Shown in pieces: positions 58,673 through 64,000 of a stretch of DNA of 64,000 bases; position 1 is the stretch's first letter, and each line of letters opens with the position of its first letter. The notes below the pieces were generated by a model that made no database searches, had not been told where the DNA came from, and was given only the letters and a program-made list of their open reading frames with translations. A program made the translations under genes and the position numbers. This DNA is from an uncultured Solirubrobacteraceae bacterium (lineage in GTDB: Bacteria; Actinomycetota; Thermoleophilia; Solirubrobacterales; Solirubrobacteraceae), in NCBI GenBank assembly GCA_963766165.1, contig CAVXZC010000012.1:594607-658606 (forward strand). The letters are read 5' to 3'.

Positions 58673-60001
58673 TCAACGCTCGTCCATCAGCGCGGCCAGC
58701 GCCACCGGGGCGAGCGGGGCACGGGCGCTGAAGCGCTCGTGGACCGGCAGCCGGGCCGCCACGAGCGGCTCGCACACGCGTCCCTGGCACGACCCCTGGC
58801 CGCAGCGGGTGACGATCTTCAGGGCGGCCGGCGTGGTCGCGCCGCCGGCCAGCGCGGCGTCGATCGCTCCCGCACTCACGTCCTCGCAGCGGCAGATGAC
58901 CGTGTCCGGCGTCGCCAGCCGGTCCAGCCCCGGGCGCGGATCGAACAGGTCCGCCAGGATCGCGGCGAAGCCGGCGAGCCTTGCCCGGCGCTCGCGCAGC
59001 CCGGCGGCGACGGGCGCGCCGGCCGCGGCCCGGCCGGCGATCTCGCCCTCGACGGCGGCCAGCTCGGCCCCGCCGACCCCGGCGGCCTCACCGGCCACGA
59101 ACACGCCGGCGACGCTGGTCGCCATCTCCGCGTCGTGGGCCACCGCGTCGCCCGCCAGCGCGCAGCCGAGCGCGCGGGCCAGCGCGACGTCCGGCGCAAA
59201 GCCGTAGGCGGTGCAGACCGCGTCGACGGCGAGCGTCCGCTCCGTGCCGGCGCGCGGCGCCCAGTCGGGCCCGCAGGCGGCCAGCGTGGCGGACTCGACG
59301 CGCCCGTCGCCCTCGGCCCGGACGATCACCTGCCCCCAGGCGATCCGCCGGACGCGCGCCCGGTAGCCCGCATAGGCGGCGAGCCGCCCCGCGTGCCGGG
59401 TCATCCGCGGCCCGGCGCGCAGCCAGTCGCGGCGCCGGGTGGCCTCGGCCACGGCCACGACCTCGGCGCCCTGTGACGCCAGCTGGCGCGCCACCGGCAG
59501 CAGGAACGGGCCGGCGCCGGCCAGCAGGACGCGCCGGCCCGGCAGGACGCCCTGGCCCTTGGCCAGCGCCTGGGCCCCGCCGGCGGTCGTGACGCCGGGC
59601 AGCGTCCAGCCCGGGAACGCCACGGGCCGGTCGTAGGCGCCGGTGGCCAGCACGACCGCGCGCGCCTCCACCCGGCCCGGCGGCCCGTCGAGCAGCAGCG
59701 TGCCGGGCGCCGGCGCCGCCCACACCGAGCGGCCCGAGAGGACCCGCACCGTGGTCGCGGCAAGCGCCCGGCAGGCGTGGCGGCCGGCGCGCGGAAGCGC
59801 CTCGTCGCCGGCGTCGTAGCGACGGCGCCAGATCTGCCCGCCCGGCGCCGCGTAGGCGTCGATCAGCACGACGTCGGCCCCGGCGCGGCGCGCCGCCACC
59901 GCCGCGGCCAGCCCGGCCGGCCCGGCGCCGACCACGGCCACGTCGCATGACAGCGCGTCATCCACGCCGCGCACCGTAGGCGGACCGCCGTCGCCCGGCA
60001 T
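58673..60001 (-). CDS. FAD/NAD(P)-binding oxidoreductase alpha subunit with C-terminal BFD-like [2Fe-2S] domain (HcnB/LhpF-like)
   Basis: DVAVVGAGPAGLAAA and RVLLAGAGPFLLPVA dinucleotide motifs; CRCEDV...C..C BFD-type cysteines. Confidence 0.85.
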   Translation of the reverse strand: MPGDGGPPTVRGVDDALSCDVAVVGAGPAGLAAAVAARRAGADVVLIDAYAAPGGQIWRRRYDAGDEALPRAGRHACRALAATTVRVLSGRSVWAAPAPGTLLLDGPPGRVEARAVVLATGAYDRPVAFPGWTLPGVTTAGGAQALAKGQGVLPGRRVLLAGAGPFLLPVARQLASQGAEVVAVAEATRRRDWLRAGPRMTRHAGRLAAYAGYRARVRRIAWGQVIVRAEGDGRVESATLAACGPDWAPRAGTERTLAVDAVCTAYGFAPDVALARALGCALAGDAVAHDAEMATSVAGVFVAGEAAGVGGAELAAVEGEIAGRAAAGAPVAAGLRERRARLAGFAAILADLFDPRPGLDRLATPDTVICRCEDVSAGAIDAALAGGATTPAALKIVTRCGQGSCQGRVCEPLVAARLPVHERFSARAPLAPVALAALMDER

Positions 60002-61239
60002 CAGGCAGATGTCGCAGAGCGGCGCGCGGCGGCGCGACCGGCGCGCAGCGCCGGGTGCAGGCCCAGCAGCCGGGACAGCTTGAGCGACGCGTGGAGCGCC
60101 AGCCGGTCAGCGCCGCGCTTGAGGCTCGCCCCGGTCAGCGCCTCGATCCGCTGCAGCCGGTAGTACAGGCTCGCCCGGTGCAGGAACAGCGCCTCGGCCG
60201 TCAGCTTCGTGTCGCAGCCGTTGTCGAGGTAGGTCTCCAGCGTGGCCACGAGCGACTCCTTGGCCTGCAGCGCGAACAGCTGCGGGACGCCGGGGTGCAG
60301 GAGGTCCTCGGCGTCGGGCGACTCGGCGGCCCGGGCCAGCAACCGATAGGCGCCCAGGTCCGACCAGCCGGCCGGCGAGGGGTGCTCGGGCGCGCAGGCG
60401 GCCACCCTGAGGGCCAGCCGCGCGTGCTCGTGCGCCCGGTGCGCGTCGGTGAGCTGCTCGCACGGCTCGCTGTAGCCGATCAGCACCTGCTCGAGCGCCT
60501 CGTGCAGCCGGCGGGCGATGTCGGCGAGCGGCGGCGCGTGCGTGGCGAGCGCCACGAGCACGATCGCGTGGTCGCCGCGCACGACGCTCAAGGAGTGGCG
60601 GGCCGGCAGCGTGTGCCGGAACTGGTCCAGCGCCAGCCCGAGCCGCGCCTTCTCGGCCGGCCCCAGCTCGGCCTCGCCGGCGGAGCGGGCGGCCAGCACG
60701 CCGACGCTGCCGGCCACGAGCACGTCCTCGGCCACCAGCGCGTGCGCCGCCTCGTCGCGCTGGGCGGCGTCGTCGCCCAGCAGGGCGTCGAGCGCCCGCC
60801 GCTCGAGCTCGCGCCGCGGCCGCTCCAGCTCCTCGCGCCGGTACATCGCCTCGCCGATCTCCGCGGCGCAGCGCTCGGCGAGCGCGCATTCGTCCCCGCG
60901 CAGCGACTCGTCGGCGTCGATCAGCCACAGGTAGCCGAACAGCGCCCCCTGGCAGCGGATCGGCACGCACACCCGGGTCTGGAGGCCGAGCTCGGGCCGG
61001 GCGGCGGTCCGCACCGCGGCCGTGGCGCGGGCGATGCCCTGGGCGAAGTGCGCCTCGCGCACCGCCCGCGGCGTCTCGCGGGTCAGGATCGCCGTGCGCC
61101 GGACTTCGTCATCGGAGCCCTGGCTCGGGCTGTAGGCGAGCAGGCGCAGGCCGGCGTCGTCGACGAGCACTGAGCGCCTCAGTTCCGCGCTCAGCTGCTC
61201 GACGAGGGCCTGTACCTCGTCTTCGCGCGCGGGCATCAC
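60001..61239 (-). CDS. PucR/CdaR-family transcriptional regulator
   Basis: C-terminal HTH LVATLETYLDNGCDTKLTAEALFLHRASLYYRLQRIEALTG. Confidence 0.85.
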   Translation of the reverse strand: MMPAREDEVQALVEQLSAELRRSVLVDDAGLRLLAYSPSQGSDDEVRRTAILTRETPRAVREAHFAQGIARATAAVRTAARPELGLQTRVCVPIRCQGALFGYLWLIDADESLRGDECALAERCAAEIGEAMYRREELERPRRELERRALDALLGDDAAQRDEAAHALVAEDVLVAGSVGVLAARSAGEAELGPAEKARLGLALDQFRHTLPARHSLSVVRGDHAIVLVALATHAPPLADIARRLHEALEQVLIGYSEPCEQLTDAHRAHEHARLALRVAACAPEHPSPAGWSDLGAYRLLARAAESPDAEDLLHPGVPQLFALQAKESLVATLETYLDNGCDTKLTAEALFLHRASLYYRLQRIEALTGASLKRGADRLALHASLKLSRLLGLHPALRAGRAAARRSATSA

Positions 61240-61263
61240 CGGCGAAGGCTAGTCGTCGTCACC

Positions 61264-62271
61264 GGCCACTAGAGCGCGAAGCCCGCCGGGAACGGATCCT
61301 CGGCGTCGAGCAGGTACTGGCCCATCCCGGTGATCCAGGCGCGGCCGGTGATCTCCGGGATGATCGGCCGGGAGACCGCCGACCGTGGTCTCCGCGACGG
61401 CGCGCCCCGTGAAGCGGGTGCCGATCACCGACTCGTTGACGAATGGTTCGCCCAGGGCGAGCTCCCCGCGGGCGTGCAGCTGGGCCATGCGTGCGCTCGT
61501 CCCCGTCCCGCAGGGCGAGCGGTCGAGCCAGCCGGGGTGGATCGAGGTGGCGGCGCGGGCGTCCGCGCCGTCGCGGCCCGGCGCGTGGAAGACCACGTGG
61601 CGGCAGCCGCCGATCCGCGGGTCCTCGGGGTGCTCGGGCCGCTCGCCGGCGTTGATCGCCGCCATCACGCGCAGCCCGGCGTCGATCAGCTCGCCGGAAC
61701 GCGCCGGGTCGACCGCCAGGCCGGCGTCCGCCGCCGGGGTCAGCGCGTAGAAGTTGCCGCCGTACGCCATGTCGTAGGCGATCGCCCCCAGCCCCGGGAC
61801 GTCGACGACGCGGTCGCGGGCCGCCAGGAAGGACGGCACGTTGCGTAGCGTGACCGCGCGGGCGCGGCCGTTCTCGACGCGCACGCGCGCCTCCACCAGG
61901 CCGGCGGGCACGTCGAGCCGGACCACGGTCTCGGGCTCGGTGACGGCGACCATGCCGGTCTCCACCAGCACCGTGGCCACGCCGATCGTGCCGTGGCCGC
62001 ACATCGGCAGGCAGCCCGACACCTCGATGAACAGCACGCCCCAGTCCGCGTCGTCCCGCGTCGGCGGCTGCAGGATCGCCCCCGACATCGCGCCGTGGCC
62101 GCGCGGCTCGCGCATCAGCAGCAGGCGCAGGTCGTCCAGCTGCGTCTCGAAGTGGAGCTTGCGCTCCAGCATCGTGTCGCCGGGGACCGGGCCGACGCCG
62201 CCGGTGACGACGCGCGTCGGCATCCCCTCCGTGTGGGAGTCGACCGCCGCGAAGTAGCGGGCCGCCCTCAC
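61264..62271 (-). pseudogene. Proline racemase family (4-hydroxyproline 2-epimerase / trans-3-hydroxy-L-proline dehydratase type); one apparent single-base frameshift near 61380
   Basis: RYFAAVDSHTEGMPTRVVTGG, catalytic SGCLPMCGHGTIG. C-terminus [36 protein letters not shown] readable after removing one base. GTGA overlap with the DapA-family gene stop. Confidence 0.8.
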
Positions 62272-63149
62272 GCGTGCACGCCGCGGAGCACCGCGAGCGC
62301 GTCCTCCAGCGCGGCGCGCTCGGCGGCGTCGAGCGGCAGCCGCGGCAGCCGCGTCGGGCCGCCGGCGAAGCCCACGGCGTCCTGGGCGGCCTTGAAGTAC
62401 TGGACGAGCTTGGGCGTCATGTCGAAGCGGGCGACCGGCAGGATCCGACGGTACACGGCCCGCGCGGCGTCCAGGTCTCCGGCCCGGCAGTGGTCGTAGA
62501 GCTCGACCACCTCGCGCGGCGCCACCACGCCGACGCCGGTCACCCAGCCGGTCGCGCCGGCGCAGAATCCCTCGAGCGCCCAGTCGTCGCCGCCCACCAG
62601 CACCTCGGCCTCGATGCCGGAGTGCAGCAGCGCCGGGATCCGGCGGGCGTCGCCCGAGCACTCCTTGATCGCCGCCACGCCCTCGACCGCCTCGCAGATG
62701 CGGACGATCAGATCGGCCCGCATGTCGACGCCGGAGGCCTCGGGGTTGTTGTAGACCATCAGCGGCAGCCCGCAGGAGGCGACCGCGGAGAAGAACGCGA
62801 CGACCTCGTCCGGGTCGGCGCGGTAGCCGAGCGGCGGCAGGCACATGATCGCGTCCGCCCCGGCCGCGGCCGCGTCGGCGGCGTAGGCCAGCGAGGCGGC
62901 GGCGGAGCCGGACGAGACACCCGCGACGACGGGGACGCGGCCGGCGGCGGCCTCCACGATCGCCGCGATCACCGTGCGGCGCTCCTCCGGGGTGAGGCCG
63001 CCGGCCTCGCCCATCGTGCCGCAGGCCACGAAGCCGTGCACGCCGGCCTCGAGCATCGCCTCGATGTTGCCCTGCAGGGCGGCGACGTCGACGCGGTCGT
63101 CGGCGTCGAACGGGGTGGTGGCGGCGGGAAGGATGCCGGGGAATCTCAT
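62268..63149 (-). CDS. DapA/dihydrodipicolinate synthase family lyase (Pyr4H2C deaminase-like)
   Basis: 293 aa from MRFPGILPAATTPF; GTMGEAGGLT; Schiff-base Lys context AIKECSGD. Confidence 0.9.
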   Translation of the reverse strand: MRFPGILPAATTPFDADDRVDVAALQGNIEAMLEAGVHGFVACGTMGEAGGLTPEERRTVIAAIVEAAAGRVPVVAGVSSGSAAASLAYAADAAAAGADAIMCLPPLGYRADPDEVVAFFSAVASCGLPLMVYNNPEASGVDMRADLIVRICEAVEGVAAIKECSGDARRIPALLHSGIEAEVLVGGDDWALEGFCAGATGWVTGVGVVAPREVVELYDHCRAGDLDAARAVYRRILPVARFDMTPKLVQYFKAAQDAVGFAGGPTRLPRLPLDAAERAALEDALAVLRGVHA

Positions 63150-63859
63150 TGGCCGAGCTCCATGTAGGTGCGGACGCGGTTGATGTGCTGCGCGGAGTAG
63201 AAGGCGGCCGCCTCGGCGTCGCCGTCGACGATCGCCTCGTAGATCATCCGGTGCTCGGCCGCGTGGATGCGGGTGCGGCCGGGCACGGCGATCGAGTCGT
63301 CGCGGAGGCGGTGCCAGAGCGGCTGGTCCATCAGGGTGGCCACGTGGTCGGCGAAGGCCAGCAGCACGGGGTTGGCGGTCATCGCCGCCAACTGGCGGTG
63401 GAAGAGGCGGTCGGAGGCGCTCCAGGTGGCGCGCGCGCCCGGCTCCGCCGGGTCGCCGATCGCCTCCATGGCGGCGAGCAGGTTCTCGGCCGCGGGGTCG
63501 GACTGGGCGCGCCGGGCGGCGAGCCGGGCGACGGCCGGCTCGAGCTGCGCGCGGGCCTCCAGCACCGCCGACGGGCTGGCGTCGTGCGGCACCGCCGAGC
63601 CGGCCGGCGCGTCGGCGGCCACGAACGTGCCGGCGCCGGGGCGCGTCTCCACGACGCCCTGGACTCCGAGCGCGGCGAGCGCCTCGCGCACCGAGGCGCG
63701 GCTGACCTCCAGCGCACGGGCCAGCTCGCGCTCCGACGGCAGCCGCTCGGCGGGCGCGTACAGGCCCGAGCGGATGTCGGCGGCCAGGCGCTCGGCGACC
63801 TGCTCGTAGCGCTGGAGGGGGCGGAAGGTGGTTCGGTCGGCGGACAGCATGAGCGTCAA
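63146..63859 (-). CDS. GntR-family transcriptional regulator (FCD subfamily)
   Basis: N-terminal wHTH RLPSERELARALEVSRASVREALAALGVQGVV, FCD C-domain. Probable ATG at 63850; track TTG at 63859. Confidence 0.9.
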   Translation of the reverse strand: MTLMLSADRTTFRPLQRYEQVAERLAADIRSGLYAPAERLPSERELARALEVSRASVREALAALGVQGVVETRPGAGTFVAADAPAGSAVPHDASPSAVLEARAQLEPAVARLAARRAQSDPAAENLLAAMEAIGDPAEPGARATWSASDRLFHRQLAAMTANPVLLAFADHVATLMDQPLWHRLRDDSIAVPGRTRIHAAEHRMIYEAIVDGDAEAAAFYSAQHINRVRTYMELGQ

Positions 63860-64000
63860 CTGGTCTGCTCAGCATACCACTCGAGGCCAAGGCGAGGATC
63901 GGCGAGCGCCGCCGCGCGGCCCGCGTCGAGGACGACGCGCCCGTCCTCCAGCAGCAGGATGCGGTCGGCCAGGCGCCGCGGCAGCACGAGCCCGCGCTCG
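63856..64000 (-). CDS. C-terminal end of an ABC-transporter ATP-binding protein; gene continues beyond window
   Basis: Reverse translation ...ERGLVLPRRLADRILLLEDGRVVLDAG...EQTS* resembles ABC ATPase C-terminus. Confidence 0.4.
   Translation of the reverse strand, partial: ERGLVLPRRLADRILLLEDGRVVLDAGRAAALADPRLGLEWYAEQTS

Overview
64 kb window of very high-GC (about 70% or more) bacterial DNA, probably from an actinobacterium-like genome (inference from composition and gene content only). The true genes are the frames with strong GC3 bias; many long ORFs in the six-frame track are alternative-frame artefacts of the GC content and were discarded. Internal start coordinates were inferred by codon arithmetic and may be off by 1-3 nt. 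No rRNA, tRNA, CRISPR array or mobile element was recognised.

Main content:
(A) 1-15.3 kb: one tightly packed minus-strand operon of about 15 genes with stop/start overlaps (ATGA, GTGA, TTGA). It encodes an Ldh_2-family dehydrogenase, a DegT-type aminotransferase, two class I/II aminotransferases, a D-2-hydroxyacid dehydrogenase, a tandem pair of paralogous unknown-function proteins, an SDR, a DppBCDF-like ABC importer, a family-5 solute-binding lipoprotein and a cyclic amidohydrolase. An XRE-cupin regulator sits directly upstream. A 33-bp element (TTGACA-17-TAGAGT/TAGATT with AGAGTGAA direct repeats) occurs twice, at the operon start and before the binding-protein gene. This is the best candidate for an undescribed catabolic system and its operator.
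(B) GH15 glucoamylase-like secreted enzyme and an M19 dipeptidase.
(C) 18.8-26.3 kb: PolX, GT2, thioredoxin, SpoIIM-like, esterase, VOC dioxygenase and a MATE efflux gene, all interrupted by apparent frameshifts.
(D) Intact cox-like molybdenum hydroxylase operon (L-G-M-S order).
(E) alpha/beta hydrolase, HxlR regulator, flotillin plus NfeD-like fragment, fumC, GNAT, EamA, ECF sigma factor, pdxH, aldehyde dehydrogenase, ALS-like TPP enzyme.
(F) SpoIID, MFS, MaoC, FEN exonuclease, MarR plus SnoaL-like pair with a palindromic operator, ychF, PAP2, methylmalonyl-CoA epimerase-like, EAL-GAF protein.
(G) ftsH-like, DUF1385, M20 peptidase and rarA, all frameshifted.
(H) 54.8-63.9 kb: hydroxyproline-catabolism-like cluster (GntR, DapA-family, proline-racemase-family, PucR regulator, heterotrimeric HcnABC/LhpBEF-like dehydrogenase split over convergent units, Cys-less ALDH-like protein).

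Frameshift-dense stretches alternate with perfectly intact operons. At least one frameshift sits in a G homopolymer, so sequencing error is as likely as true pseudogenisation.
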